A DNA stretch of 64,000 nt from NCBI GenBank assembly GCA_022821875.1, contig JAJECV010000142.1:16869-80868 (forward strand), read 5' to 3'. Under the pieces are notes generated by a model, which worked only from the letters and a program-made list of their open reading frames with translations, was not told the DNA's origin and did not search any database. This document shows, piece by piece, positions 1 to 10,208 of the stretch. The first letter of the stretch is position 1; each line of letters starts with the position of its first letter. The position numbers and the translations under genes were made by a program. This stretch comes from Rhodothermales bacterium. Lineage in GTDB: Bacteria > Bacteroidota > Rhodothermia > Rhodothermales > Bin80.

Positions 1-3
1 AAT

Positions 4-2259
4 GTGTTCGCAGGTATGCCGGGGTATCTTATTTCAAGGCCTGATCTGGTCCTTCAAATTGACGAACTGCCCCGTGCATTACGCAAAATTTCCTGGCCTT
101 TTTCGCACGTCATTTTCATGCTGCTGGGAGGGTACTGGCTGGTCTGGTATCTCACGCGTGACACCTTGAATTCGCTGCTGGCTGCATGTGCGTATGCCAT
201 GACCACTTACTTGCCCGTGATTCTGATTGCAGGTCATAATACCAAGTTTGTCGCATTAGCCTTTGCTCCCTGGCTACTGTTGACCTTTGTTCATGCAATA
301 CGGAAACCCGGTATGATCGCAAGCCTCCTGTTTACCATTGCTCTGGCCGTGAACCTCCGGGCAGGGCATGTACAGATCACCTACTACGTAACTTTTCTGA
401 TCCTGATATGGTGGGTTGTACTACTTTTGGAAGCACGAAGGCGTAAGACACTCCCGCAGTTTTTCCAATCTACCGGTCTCCTTGCGGTTGGCTGTGTATT
501 GGCATTACTCATGGTTGCCGAATATTACTGGCCGACGCTTGAATACAAGGAGTACAGTATTCGGGGAGCATCTGCCGGAGGCGGGGAAGGCGGGTTGAGC
601 TGGGAGTATGCAATGCGATGGAGCCAGAGCCCGGGGGAACTCTTAACCCTGCTTATTGCCGATGCCTATGGTGGGTCTACCTATTACTGGGGGCCCAAGC
701 CCTTTACAGGCGGCCCCCATTACACGGGCAGTATTGTACTGGCGCTTGCCGCCGTTGCATTATGGCGAATTCGGTCACGGCTCGTTGCCATACTGGGAAT
801 TGCGGGCGGTCTGATGATCCTGTTTGCATTCGGACGGCATTTTGAAGTGCTGAATCAGATCATGTTCAATTACTTCCCGCTGTTTGATGCTTTCCGGGCC
901 CCGGAGACCTGGCTGATTGCCGTTGCACTCGTTCTGGCGATTCTGGCGGCACTGGGGCTTGCCTACATTGTGCGCCTTGAACCATCTGCCACCGCACAGC
1001 GCATCAAATGGCGTTCTGTATTGATTGTTTTCGGGGCAACGGGCGGCTTGCTGTTACTCTTAGTGGTAACCGGGAATTCGCTGTTCGACTTTCAGAAAGA
1101 GGGTGAACTTCAGCAGGCCGTCGCCTATGTCGCCCAGTCTGCCGGGAGAAATTCATCCGATTCTCAGGTTATTGCCGCTGCAGAACAACTGCTTGACGAA
1201 CAAATCATCCCCCCGCGTAAAGAGTCATTTACAGCGGATGCGCGACGTTCATTTCTGTTTATTTTCCTGGCAGGCCTCATGCTGATTGCGTTTCAACGCA
1301 GAGTATTTCCCGTCTGGATTTTGCAGATAGTTCTGACGATCCTGATCGTTCTTGACCTAGGAGGTGTAGCGAAGAGATACTTGAATACCGACAATCTCAG
1401 TGTGTCAAAATATTCTGCAAACCGTGTCGTAACATTAGATATTGATGAGTATGTACTCCAGAGAGAAGGGCAGTTTCGTGTTCTCTCACTGGAGCGTAAG
1501 GATCAGACTGGACTTGCACGCCCATCATTCCATCATGAATCGTTAGGTGGCTACAGTGCAGCGAAGTTACGCCTATATCAGGATTTTCTGGACAACCTTC
1601 TTTTTGATCGAAGTACTGGAATGCCTAACGAAAATGTACTGGATATGATGAATGTTCGGTATGTGTTTTCCCAGGCTCCCATTGCGGGGGCGCTCAATGT
1701 AGAATATGGCCCTGAATCGGGATTGAGTGTCTATGAGAATCTTGATGTTCTTCCGCGGGCATATTTTGTTGGAGAGGTGGAAGTGATTGAAGACCCAGAT
1801 GATGCAATGCTTCGTCTCCTCAATTCCGACTTTGATCCAGCGCTTCAGGCATTGCTCGCAGCACCCATTGAAGAAGATGTTCACCCTATTGATTCATCCA
1901 GCACTACTCTAGTCAGTCCGGTTGAGTATGGGCCGCGGCGAATCGTCCATGAGGTGGAGACAGATGCACCAAGGCTTCTGGTGATCAGTGAACTATATTA
2001 CCCCGCAGGCTGGACTGCCACGCTTAATGGTGTGCCTGTGCCAATTCATCGCACAAATTATCTGTTGCGTGGGGTCGTCATACCTGCGGGCCGACATACG
2101 CTTGAGATCGTCTTCAACCCCGCCAGTTATGTCTGGGGAAAAAGAATCAGCATGATTTCTACACTGATGGTATACGGCCTCGTATCTTTCCTGTTTGGGC
2201 TAAGTGGTTATCGCTATTTCAGAGGGACTCACAGGGGAGTCCAGACATCATCCATTTAG
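4..2259 (+). CDS. YfhO-family polytopic membrane protein (5' end cut by window edge)
   Basis: The ORF is open to the window start. It has many consecutive hydrophobic helices, then a soluble C-terminal domain and a terminal TM helix. The segment 'WSQSPGELLTLLIADAYGG' resembles the YfhO family. It is adjacent to glycosyltransferases. Confidence 0.55.
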   Translation: MFAGMPGYLISRPDLVLQIDELPRALRKISWPFSHVIFMLLGGYWLVWYLTRDTLNSLLAACAYAMTTYLPVILIAGHNTKFVALAFAPWLLLTFVHAIRKPGMIASLLFTIALAVNLRAGHVQITYYVTFLILIWWVVLLLEARRRKTLPQFFQSTGLLAVGCVLALLMVAEYYWPTLEYKEYSIRGASAGGGEGGLSWEYAMRWSQSPGELLTLLIADAYGGSTYYWGPKPFTGGPHYTGSIVLALAAVALWRIRSRLVAILGIAGGLMILFAFGRHFEVLNQIMFNYFPLFDAFRAPETWLIAVALVLAILAALGLAYIVRLEPSATAQRIKWRSVLIVFGATGGLLLLLVVTGNSLFDFQKEGELQQAVAYVAQSAGRNSSDSQVIAAAEQLLDEQIIPPRKESFTADARRSFLFIFLAGLMLIAFQRRVFPVWILQIVLTILIVLDLGGVAKRYLNTDNLSVSKYSANRVVTLDIDEYVLQREGQFRVLSLERKDQTGLARPSFHHESLGGYSAAKLRLYQDFLDNLLFDRSTGMPNENVLDMMNVRYVFSQAPIAGALNVEYGPESGLSVYENLDVLPRAYFVGEVEVIEDPDDAMLRLLNSDFDPALQALLAAPIEEDVHPIDSSSTTLVSPVEYGPRRIVHEVETDAPRLLVISELYYPAGWTATLNGVPVPIHRTNYLLRGVVIPAGRHTLEIVFNPASYVWGKRISMISTLMVYGLVSFLFGLSGYRYFRGTHRGVQTSSI

Positions 2260-2281
2260 TCGCTGTTACTTTGGAGAAACA

Positions 2282-3583
2282 GTGAAGCGGATACTGTTGA
2301 TTACTTACTATTTTCCTCCATCTGGAGGATCAGGTGTGCAGCGGATGCTTAAGTTTGCACGCTATCTCCCTGATTACGGATGGTTACCTACAGTATTGAC
2401 GGTTGACCCAAAGTTCGCAGCATTCCCATCGGTGGATACCTCTCTTCTTCACGAAGTTTCTCCTGAAATGGAGGTGATCCGTACGCGGGCATGGGATCCA
2501 TTCAGCCTGTATGGGCGCTTTCAAGGGAAGAAGAAGGGGGATGTGGTGGAAGTTGGACATGTCGGTGACAATACAGACAGATTCAAGCGGATTGCCCGGT
2601 GGCTCCGAGGAAATATTTTTCTTCCAGATGCCAGAATCGGGTGGGTTCCTTTTGCATCCAGAGCTGCCCGAAGACTGGTGCAAGGTCAGAATTTTGATGC
2701 AATCATGAGCACGGGACCACCGCATTCAAGCCATTTGGTTGGATTCGCTGCACACAAAGTATCCGGTCTTCCCTGGGTGGTGGATATGCGGGATCCGTGG
2801 GTTGAGATCTACTACAGAGATCAGATGTACGAGGGAAAGATTGCAAAAAAAATCCAGTCCACACTGGAGCGCAGAGTTCTGAGTACGGCCAGTGCGGTAA
2901 TTTCCGTGAGCAAGCATGTCGGAATTGGCCTTAAGCGCCGGGTTGAGATGCAGCGCTACGAGACGATCTCCAATGGATTCGATCCCGCCGATATTTCGAG
3001 GAATCAGACCACGCAAACCAGAAAGGAGGATGTATTCACTCTTGCATATATTGGAACGTACAATCTGCGCAGGCACTCAAATGCACTTGTCGCTGCACTG
3101 CAGCAGTTACAAAAAACTATGCCATTGGAGGTTCACCTCGTAGGAAAAGTAGATGTAGCGGCTCTAAAGAATTATCGTTCGAACGGGATTCCCGTTAAAG
3201 GAGTTGGCTATCTTCCTCATAATGAAGCAGTTGCTTACATGCAGGAGGTGGATGTTCTTTTACTTCCATTGCCACGCGTAGACGGCCATCATGGTGCAGG
3301 AGATGTTTCGGGGAAAGTTTTTGAGTATATGTCGGCTCGCAGACCCATTCTGGCTTTAGGACCCACAGAGGGAGATCTGGCGGATATTCTGAATCAGGTT
3401 CGGGCAGGTCATATCTTTGACTATGAAGACCAAGGGGGAATACTTGGTTTTCTGAAAGATTGTATAGAATCCAGATGTGAGGCTTGGTCAATTAATGACA
3501 AGGCTTTGGCAGAATATGAACGTCCCCGCCTGACAGCCCGGCTTGCTCATCTGCTTGATCAACTCTCTAAATCAGATTCGTGA
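2282..3583 (+). CDS. Glycosyltransferase family 4 (GT-B fold)
   Basis: N-terminus 'KRILLITYYFPPSGGSGVQRM' and C-terminal 'GKVFEYMSARRPILAL' are typical GT4. I moved the start from the track's 2204 to GTG 2282, which lies after the upstream stop (2257-2259) and follows a ggaga. It is a paralogue of 51740-53014. Confidence 0.75.
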   Translation: MKRILLITYYFPPSGGSGVQRMLKFARYLPDYGWLPTVLTVDPKFAAFPSVDTSLLHEVSPEMEVIRTRAWDPFSLYGRFQGKKKGDVVEVGHVGDNTDRFKRIARWLRGNIFLPDARIGWVPFASRAARRLVQGQNFDAIMSTGPPHSSHLVGFAAHKVSGLPWVVDMRDPWVEIYYRDQMYEGKIAKKIQSTLERRVLSTASAVISVSKHVGIGLKRRVEMQRYETISNGFDPADISRNQTTQTRKEDVFTLAYIGTYNLRRHSNALVAALQQLQKTMPLEVHLVGKVDVAALKNYRSNGIPVKGVGYLPHNEAVAYMQEVDVLLLPLPRVDGHHGAGDVSGKVFEYMSARRPILALGPTEGDLADILNQVRAGHIFDYEDQGGILGFLKDCIESRCEAWSINDKALAEYERPRLTARLAHLLDQLSKSDS

Positions 3584-3592
3584 AATAGACGG

Positions 3593-4666
3593 ATGCGTGT
3601 ATGTACACTGGTTGGGGCCCGGCCGCAATTCGTGAAAGCGGCAGCGGTGAGCCCAGCACTCAGGGAAGTTGGAATCAGAGAAACACTGATCCATTCCGGG
3701 CAGCATTACGACAAGTTACTCAGCCAAGTCTTTTTTGACGAGCTTGGAATTCCTACACCCGTTCCAAATCTTCAGGTCGGGTCTGGTTCTCATGCAGTCC
3801 AGACAGGAAAGGTTATGATCCGACTCGATCAGTTTATCCATGAAACGGGGCCGTACGATGCGGTTATTGTTTACGGGGACACAAATACAACCCTTGCCGG
3901 AGCATTGGTCGCCGCAAAAGAAAATATCCCTATCGCACATGTTGAGGCAGGAGTTCGCAGTTTTAATTCGTTGATGCCGGAAGAGATTAATCGGATTCTT
4001 ACCGACCATGTCTCCCAGTGGCTGTTTGCACCGACAGAGACGGCCGTAGAAAATCTGGAGAGGGAGGGATTAAAAAAGAAGACTGTACTTGTTGGAGATG
4101 TCATGTTGGATGCCACACGTATGTTTGCGGATCGTGCAAAAAAACAGTTCCCTCTGAAATCCATTCTCCGCCGTGAATCCGGAGATTATTATCTGGCAAC
4201 CGTGCATCGCCCATCCAATACAGATATTCGGGAAAATCTTCAAAGTATCTTTTCTGCATTCGGGCAGTTAGCACTACCAGTAATCTTGCCGCTTCATCCC
4301 CGAACTAAGGCAGTACTGGGTCACATTACTGTTCCAGATAACGTAGAGATCACCCCGCCGGTCAGTTATCTCACCATGTTAACGCTGACCTCCAATGCTC
4401 GTTGTGTACTGACCGATAGTGGCGGACTCCAGAAAGAGGCCTACTGGTTGGGGGTTCCATGCGTGCTCCTTCGTGAAGAAACGGAGTTCCCCGAAACGCT
4501 CATGAACGGATGGAATACATGCGCTGGTGTGAACCCTCAGTCTATCCTTAATGCTGTGATGCGCGAACCAGCCGGCCCCCAATGTAGATTTGGTCAGGGG
4601 CCGGAGGGGAGGCCTACTCGTATGATTGCGCGTGCACTTTTGGAGGCAAAAAACGACACGACTTAA
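3593..4666 (+). CDS. wecB: UDP-N-acetylglucosamine 2-epimerase (non-hydrolysing)
   Basis: Hallmark segments 'LVGARPQFVKAAAV', 'HVEAGVRSF', 'PEEINR' and 'DSGGLQKEA'. Length 357 aa. Confidence 0.9.
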   Translation: MRVCTLVGARPQFVKAAAVSPALREVGIRETLIHSGQHYDKLLSQVFFDELGIPTPVPNLQVGSGSHAVQTGKVMIRLDQFIHETGPYDAVIVYGDTNTTLAGALVAAKENIPIAHVEAGVRSFNSLMPEEINRILTDHVSQWLFAPTETAVENLEREGLKKKTVLVGDVMLDATRMFADRAKKQFPLKSILRRESGDYYLATVHRPSNTDIRENLQSIFSAFGQLALPVILPLHPRTKAVLGHITVPDNVEITPPVSYLTMLTLTSNARCVLTDSGGLQKEAYWLGVPCVLLREETEFPETLMNGWNTCAGVNPQSILNAVMREPAGPQCRFGQGPEGRPTRMIARALLEAKNDTT

Positions 4667-4730
4667 ATCCGAACCTGTTTACCCCGGAACATTACTGAAC
4701 AAAGAGGCTGGATACGGATCGTACGGCCCC

Positions 4731-5672
4731 TTATCCGGTTTCCATAAAGCGGTCAATCCTTGCTTTAAGTTTGATGGCTTGCTCTATGTGATTTGATTTC
4801 GTCTTGATGGTCTCCAAATCTATATTCTGCAGATTTTTGGAAGAACAGGCTTCAAAATAATCCACCAGTCCACGCAGGCGGCTTTGGTGGTTAATATGAT
4901 TGAGTCCATCGCTTAAAAACAGAACGGGGATTCCCATTGCGGTTGCGGGAAGGGCCGTATGGATTCGTGACGTAATGACTAATTCAGCCGAAGCGACCTG
5001 TCTTATATAGTCTAACGCAATCTGCTTTGAGTCCTGATTTTCAAGGGTATGCCGATCAATGATCTGGGACGCATACGTAATCGGCCGGTTCGTCTTAGAC
5101 AAAATTCGACTTAGTCTCCGGCAGGCAATCTTATAGGCAATATATTTCACCGGGTATTTCAGTAGTTGACGAAGCATCACCACTGGACCTCGTGAGCATA
5201 GGATGATCGGCTTTAAGCGATCAAAAACGCTTGTCACTAAGATGCCTGACGGCTTGGGGGAGGAATTCGGGAACAGATGCGATTTCTGGTAACATAGTGT
5301 TAGACAGCCGGAAAAATAGGCCTTAACACCATGGTTCCTCAGGAGATCTAACGTATAGTTGTCCCGGCAGCCGATGGGTTCGTGCTTTTTGAAATAATCA
5401 ATAGATTCCTTTTTTGTGAACTCCTTTTCAACGGTCGGATTGATATGGAATGAAATGAATAACGGCTCAATTTTATCTGCTGGAGGCCAGTTTTCGGGGT
5501 TTTCCATAAACCAGCCATTGCAGATCAATCGTACCTTAGGGCCTCTGTATTTGTGCAGTTGCTCACGATTGATGGCCACAAATTCCTTTTTCCATACGAA
5601 CTCTATGACGAGTGACTGGACCCAGTCCCCCAGGTTGACTGAACTCGGATAACCTACAATGGCCGTATTCAT
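4731..5672 (-). CDS. Polysaccharide pyruvyl transferase family protein
   Basis: 'VNLGDWVQS' near the N-terminus, 'IGCRDNYTLDLL' in the middle and 'SRIHTALPATAMGIPVLF' near the C-terminus match the PS_pyruv_trans pattern. Confidence 0.6.
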   Translation of the reverse strand: MNTAIVGYPSSVNLGDWVQSLVIEFVWKKEFVAINREQLHKYRGPKVRLICNGWFMENPENWPPADKIEPLFISFHINPTVEKEFTKKESIDYFKKHEPIGCRDNYTLDLLRNHGVKAYFSGCLTLCYQKSHLFPNSSPKPSGILVTSVFDRLKPIILCSRGPVVMLRQLLKYPVKYIAYKIACRRLSRILSKTNRPITYASQIIDRHTLENQDSKQIALDYIRQVASAELVITSRIHTALPATAMGIPVLFLSDGLNHINHQSRLRGLVDYFEACSSKNLQNIDLETIKTKSNHIEQAIKLKARIDRFMETG

Positions 5673-6778
5673 TGTTGTAGTTTCAATAGAGAACTGAATT
5701 TGCTCATCCGATGCTCAGAGGGATATTTTCGGATGATCCGCTCTCTAGCCCGGTGTCCAAGGTCAGGATTCGCATTTCGTATAAAGCTTACCACCGGTTC
5801 CAGGTTTTTTGGGTTTTTGATCAGATGTCCTGCATTTCCGATTGCATCAGGGATACCAAAAATAGGCCGTCCAATCGGAATGCACCCGCAAAGCATTGCT
5901 TCACACAAGACATTCGGGAGCCCTTCAATGATAGATCCCTGAAAATAGAAACTGCTATCCTGATATTCGTCCAGCAGCACATCCTGACCTACGGGTTCCC
6001 GAATAGATAAATTGTCTAACCGTGGAATAGACACGATCTCCCTAAGTTTAGAGGAAAGCCCGATGATCTTGAAATTGTAATCCGGCATCAATTGCGCCAA
6101 TTCAATAAACAGGGGAATTCCTTTTCTCCGAAAAACTTCCTCGTTTCTGATGATTCCAACGGTCAGGACGGTTGGAGATTTTTTTCTTGCCGGTCGCGTC
6201 CAGAAGGTTGCATCGTATCCGGTTGGCATTTCTTTAATGGGGGTCTTGAGTTCAGGAATAAAGAGAAGGATCCCGGATTCAATATTGTTGCCGGATTGAT
6301 TCGTTACAGGGCAGCCATCTCGAAGGCTTTTATGCACTACCCAAATCAGGTCTGCTGCTTTATAATTGAATCTGCCGATAACCTGTCGGATATTCTTCCG
6401 GGAAAACAGGCCATGATAGTTTTTGTAATTCATGGCATCATAGCCGCCTACGATGATTAAGCTGGGAATTTTCAGGACTTTTGACAGTATGATGGGCAGT
6501 AGCGCGTGATAATCATTAAACCAACTTATGGTGGCCCTTGCATTTAGTCCATGGAAAAGGATAATTGCAAACTCTCTCACCCTGTTCAGGGCAAAAGAAA
6601 GCAGATTTTTCCTGGGTGGTGAAAAGATCGTCACCACTTGGCATCCCATACCTCTGAGCAAAGCAAGATCTTTTTCTACAAAAGAACTCTTGGTGCTGAA
6701 CACGACGATAACTGTGGGAGACCTGCCTGATTTCGGGGCACTAACTGTTTGTAGGGTACGACTGGAACTCATTCGCAA
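5669..6778 (-). CDS. Glycosyltransferase family 4
   Basis: C-terminal 'EGLPNVLCEAMLCGCIPIG' is typical of GT4/GT1 retaining transferases. There is a 4-nt overlap with the downstream pyruvyl transferase gene. Confidence 0.7.
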   Translation of the reverse strand: MRMSSSRTLQTVSAPKSGRSPTVIVVFSTKSSFVEKDLALLRGMGCQVVTIFSPPRKNLLSFALNRVREFAIILFHGLNARATISWFNDYHALLPIILSKVLKIPSLIIVGGYDAMNYKNYHGLFSRKNIRQVIGRFNYKAADLIWVVHKSLRDGCPVTNQSGNNIESGILLFIPELKTPIKEMPTGYDATFWTRPARKKSPTVLTVGIIRNEEVFRRKGIPLFIELAQLMPDYNFKIIGLSSKLREIVSIPRLDNLSIREPVGQDVLLDEYQDSSFYFQGSIIEGLPNVLCEAMLCGCIPIGRPIFGIPDAIGNAGHLIKNPKNLEPVVSFIRNANPDLGHRARERIIRKYPSEHRMSKFSSLLKLQQ

Positions 6779-6904
6779 CTTGCTTCTCCTGAAGGGGATA
6801 CAGGCATTCCTGGGAATTATCTATATTAGGTTCAATAAACGTAGAGATATAATGAGGAATGATGAATTCAGGTCAGTCAGCCTACATTGAACGATTTACA
6901 TCTG

Positions 6905-6922
6905 CATGATGAATTCATCATG
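6905..6922. promoter_or_regulatory. Perfect 18-bp palindrome catgatgaattcatcatg (possible operator)
   Basis: Verified by hand as self-complementary. The 12-mer atgatgaattca recurs at 6859-6870. It lies in the divergent intergenic region between GT4 (minus strand, start 6778) and 7047 (plus strand). Confidence 0.3.
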
Positions 6923-7021
6923 TGTTCCATGAACGGTCATGTCATATTGATCTTAATCCTGATTGACAGCATTCCAATGGTAGTCCTCAGCGACTCAAAC
7001 CCATTTAACGCAGAATTCAGA

Positions 7022-7040
7022 ATCAACGTTCAACGTTGAT
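7022..7040. promoter_or_regulatory. Palindrome atcaacgtt-c-aacgttgat (9-bp arms), 7 nt upstream of the ATG at 7047
   Basis: Arms verified as reverse complements. Its position overlaps the expected ribosome-binding region. Confidence 0.3.
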
Positions 7041-7046
7041 AGCTAA

Positions 7047-8087
7047 ATGCTGGACAAATTAGAAAAACTGTGGCACGGCATCCGGTGGACGGTTCTTGGC
7101 CGCCAGTTGACTCTGGGGGAGCAGGAAAAGTCTTCCGGTGCCCGGCGGCGAGCGATGTTCTTCAGTTTACTGGCATCGCTCATGATCTGGCTGATGCTCA
7201 GCCTGTCGGAGAATTATTATCTGCCGGTAGAATATAGAACCTGTGCAGCACTGACCGAGGATATTTCGCCTTCCTGTGTTTCGGGGATCGATGAGGATTC
7301 CGTGTTAGCGCAGCCGCTGCCGGGGTCCATTCGAGCAACCCTGTATGGTCCAGGAATTAATCTGCTGGTTCAGCGTTTTCGTGCACGCTACTGGAATAGT
7401 CCAATCACCTTTGACTCGGATCAGCCGATAGTGGATGCACAGTTACTGCTTCGGATCCCCGAAGAAGTAAGCATTGAAAGTATCATACCCGAGAGTGTCA
7501 GCTTTCAGAAAGAAGCACGAAGTGAACTTCGGCTCCCAATTGAATCACGGGTCCAGTTTGTATCCAGGCCGCCACATTTTTTTATCGGTGAGCCGCAATT
7601 TGATCCAGATAGTGTGTGGGTTTCAGGCCCCGTATCGGTCATAGATCAACTGCTGGCATGGCCGACAAAGTCAGACACGATTGTGGGAGTCGGCGATAGC
7701 GTTCATTATCAGGTTGATCTGCTGGATTCTCTCGCTGGACTGGTAAGTTTAAGGACGAAAACAACCACCGTTTCCCGACTTTCCCCGTCATTCACAGAAG
7801 GGCAGAAAGAACAGGTACGGGTAGAGATTGAGGGCATTCCGAACGCAAACAGTGTCGTTCAGCTGGCCCCCGAGTCTGTAACGATCACCTATCAAGTCCC
7901 CCTGACCCAATTCCTTGAAGCGGAGCAATCAGAACTGATCCGGGCCGTGATCTCCTACTCTGAGATCTATGACGACACCACCGGGCGCGTGAAGCCAACC
8001 GTAGAATATCCAGACGAATTTATGCTACGCCAAGTCTCCGTTTCGCCGGGGCGGCTCCGATATTTTATCAATATCGGATCTCAGTAA
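7047..8087 (+). CDS. YbbR-like domain protein with N-terminal membrane anchor
   Basis: One TM helix ('MFFSLLASLMIWLMLSL') followed by repeated beta-rich modules with 'P.SV.VSGP.SVIDQL'-type segments, as in YbbR/CdaR repeats. Confidence 0.4.
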   Translation: MLDKLEKLWHGIRWTVLGRQLTLGEQEKSSGARRRAMFFSLLASLMIWLMLSLSENYYLPVEYRTCAALTEDISPSCVSGIDEDSVLAQPLPGSIRATLYGPGINLLVQRFRARYWNSPITFDSDQPIVDAQLLLRIPEEVSIESIIPESVSFQKEARSELRLPIESRVQFVSRPPHFFIGEPQFDPDSVWVSGPVSVIDQLLAWPTKSDTIVGVGDSVHYQVDLLDSLAGLVSLRTKTTTVSRLSPSFTEGQKEQVRVEIEGIPNANSVVQLAPESVTITYQVPLTQFLEAEQSELIRAVISYSEIYDDTTGRVKPTVEYPDEFMLRQVSVSPGRLRYFINIGSQ

Positions 8088-8153
8088 CCTGACGATCCGG
8101 CAACATTGAAGCGGGGGCATGGTTCAATGGGCCGATCCTGACAACTGCGAACA

Positions 8154-8810
8154 ATGGCATGGCCACTGTGGCCCAAAAGTAAGGTTGAATACCACAGTAC
8201 TCCGCAGGGGATTCTCACTGAGTCGGGGATCTGGTACAGAACGACCCTAGACCTTTTGAACGAATATGCAGGCGCACTTTTCGAGCGTGAGCCACTTGAG
8301 TTACATCTCGCCCGATCAGATACCTGGATCCGCTCTCCTCATACACTGTCGATCTGGATACTTGCATTCGGGATCATGGTCTATCAGCCCTGGAAACTAG
8401 CGATTGTCATTCCCGTTTTCTTTCTTGTCTGGCAGATTCTGTCCCCGGCATTGGTTACCCGGAGCATGTCCTTTTTATTGAGAGTACTGGATGCCGTATT
8501 GCTTCAGGCGATTCTCTATGCAGCGACGATGTCCGTATTAGCCATGTCCGGCCGGTATGGGGCCGTTACAGTCGGAATAATGGGATTTATCTGCTTTCGA
8601 TGGGGAATCCTGACCTATTTGACGCGCCCCATTGTCGTCCGCTGCTGGAAAGCAATGTATAAACTTCCCGTACCGGATCATATATTGCGGGCGTTTATGA
8701 TTCGGAGTGCATTAAAATGTGGGATCAATCTTGCCGGCTTTGAGGAAATTGAACAGAGTGTTATTGAGAATATGTTTCGGAAGAAGACATCTGGAAGAAG
8801 GAATTCGTAG
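8154..8810 (+). CDS. Hypothetical integral membrane protein
   Basis: About four hydrophobic helices. Its stop codon directly abuts the menF ATG (tag|atg). No family recognised. Confidence 0.4.
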   Translation: MAWPLWPKSKVEYHSTPQGILTESGIWYRTTLDLLNEYAGALFEREPLELHLARSDTWIRSPHTLSIWILAFGIMVYQPWKLAIVIPVFFLVWQILSPALVTRSMSFLLRVLDAVLLQAILYAATMSVLAMSGRYGAVTVGIMGFICFRWGILTYLTRPIVVRCWKAMYKLPVPDHILRAFMIRSALKCGINLAGFEEIEQSVIENMFRKKTSGRRNS

Positions 8811-10208
8811 ATGATAAATCATGTGCATGGCAATTCAGTTGATGAATTGCGAACAGGGGTAAGGCACTTACTTGAAAGGTCAAACCATGTACCACCAACA
8901 GGGATCGCCAGTGTTTCAGTGGAACTGGATGGGGTAAGTCCGCTGGACTGGTTGATGAGCCGGCCTCAGGGGATGCGTATTTATTGGTCGGGAAGGGATT
9001 ATGGAATTGAAGTCGCGGCGTTTGGCGAGGCAGACTGTCATTATTGCTCCTCGGCCACAGATCTGCACGAACTTCGTAGTGGTCTGAGAACCATGCTGAC
9101 AGGCTGTGAGCACGGGGTACGTTATTACGGGGGAATTCGATTTGATCTGAATCAGTCGGATGAGCAGCAATGGTCATCTTTTGGTGCCTGGCGATTTGTA
9201 CTCCCGCGATTTGAGGTTCGCAGGAACGTAAAAGGCACCCTACTGCGATGTAATCTTGTACTTCCGAATGATCAGGCACAAATAGGCTTGATTCTTGAGC
9301 AAGTGGATGGATTGCATGATTCCGCCCGGAAAACAAACCCCTATTCACAGCCGCTCCGTCATTGTTTTCGCCCGGATTTTGAGGATTGGGGATTGATGGT
9401 GAATAGCGCCCTGCAGGCGTTCAGCGACACGCCATTGGATAAGGTAGTTCTGGCACGGGAGGTTTCGGCAGATTTTTCAGACTCAATTGACCCGGGATCC
9501 ATTATCCAGGCCCTGAAAAAGATCTCCCCCAATTGTTTTCATTTTCTTTTTGAGCCCGCGGTGGGCGAAGCATTTTTGGGGGCATCACCGGAACGGTTAT
9601 TCAGGCGGGAAGGGCGATCCATTGAGAGCGAGGCAGTGGCAGGCACCCGCCCGCGCGGCACATCGGATGTCGATGACACAAGAATGGTTGAGGAATTATT
9701 TCGGAGTGCAAAAGAGCAGCGGGAACATGAGTTTGTCCGAATCAGCTTACAGGAAGAAATCACCTCCCTGGCTGCACACGTAACGATGGATACCCTTCCA
9801 TCCATTATGCGTCTGGCTTCAGAGATTCACTTAGTCTCCCGGCTGCGTGCAATCATGCGGCAGGAGTATACCAGTCTGGACGTATTGCAGGCACTACACC
9901 CATCTCCTGCAGTCGGGGGGTACCCATCTGAACAGGCACTGGATCTAATTCGCAGGGAAGAACCCTTTGACCGGGGATGGTATGCGGGGCCGGTGGGCTG
10001 GCTGGGCGTGAATGAAGCCGAGTTCGCCGTTGCAATCCGTTCCGGGCTTGTGTCTGGATCCACAATCCGACTCTATTCAGGTGCAGGAATCGTCCGGGGA
10101 TCTACACCTCTGGAGGAATGGGATGAAATCGGACACAAGATCGGTGATCTGGCGCAGGTGTTAGGGTTGTATGCTTCTGCCGTTCAGACAGAATTCCAGT
10201 ATGCATGA
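8811..10208 (+). CDS. menF: Isochorismate synthase
   Basis: Chorismate-binding C-terminal motifs 'HPSPAVGGYP', 'RGWYAGPVGW' and 'AIRS'. It sits in the men gene context. Confidence 0.85.
   Translation: MINHVHGNSVDELRTGVRHLLERSNHVPPTGIASVSVELDGVSPLDWLMSRPQGMRIYWSGRDYGIEVAAFGEADCHYCSSATDLHELRSGLRTMLTGCEHGVRYYGGIRFDLNQSDEQQWSSFGAWRFVLPRFEVRRNVKGTLLRCNLVLPNDQAQIGLILEQVDGLHDSARKTNPYSQPLRHCFRPDFEDWGLMVNSALQAFSDTPLDKVVLAREVSADFSDSIDPGSIIQALKKISPNCFHFLFEPAVGEAFLGASPERLFRREGRSIESEAVAGTRPRGTSDVDDTRMVEELFRSAKEQREHEFVRISLQEEITSLAAHVTMDTLPSIMRLASEIHLVSRLRAIMRQEYTSLDVLQALHPSPAVGGYPSEQALDLIRREEPFDRGWYAGPVGWLGVNEAEFAVAIRSGLVSGSTIRLYSGAGIVRGSTPLEEWDEIGHKIGDLAQVLGLYASAVQTEFQYA

Noticed and set aside
8761-9348. 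195-aa minus-strand ORF, and similar long antisense ORFs (10184-10669, 16345-16863, 26385-27026, 28893-29411, 34385-34882, 43951-44562)
   Set aside because: Each is antisense to a gene with clear family motifs (menF, menD, menB, FAD oxidoreductase/cytochrome, thrC, susD). All have low-complexity, motif-free products.
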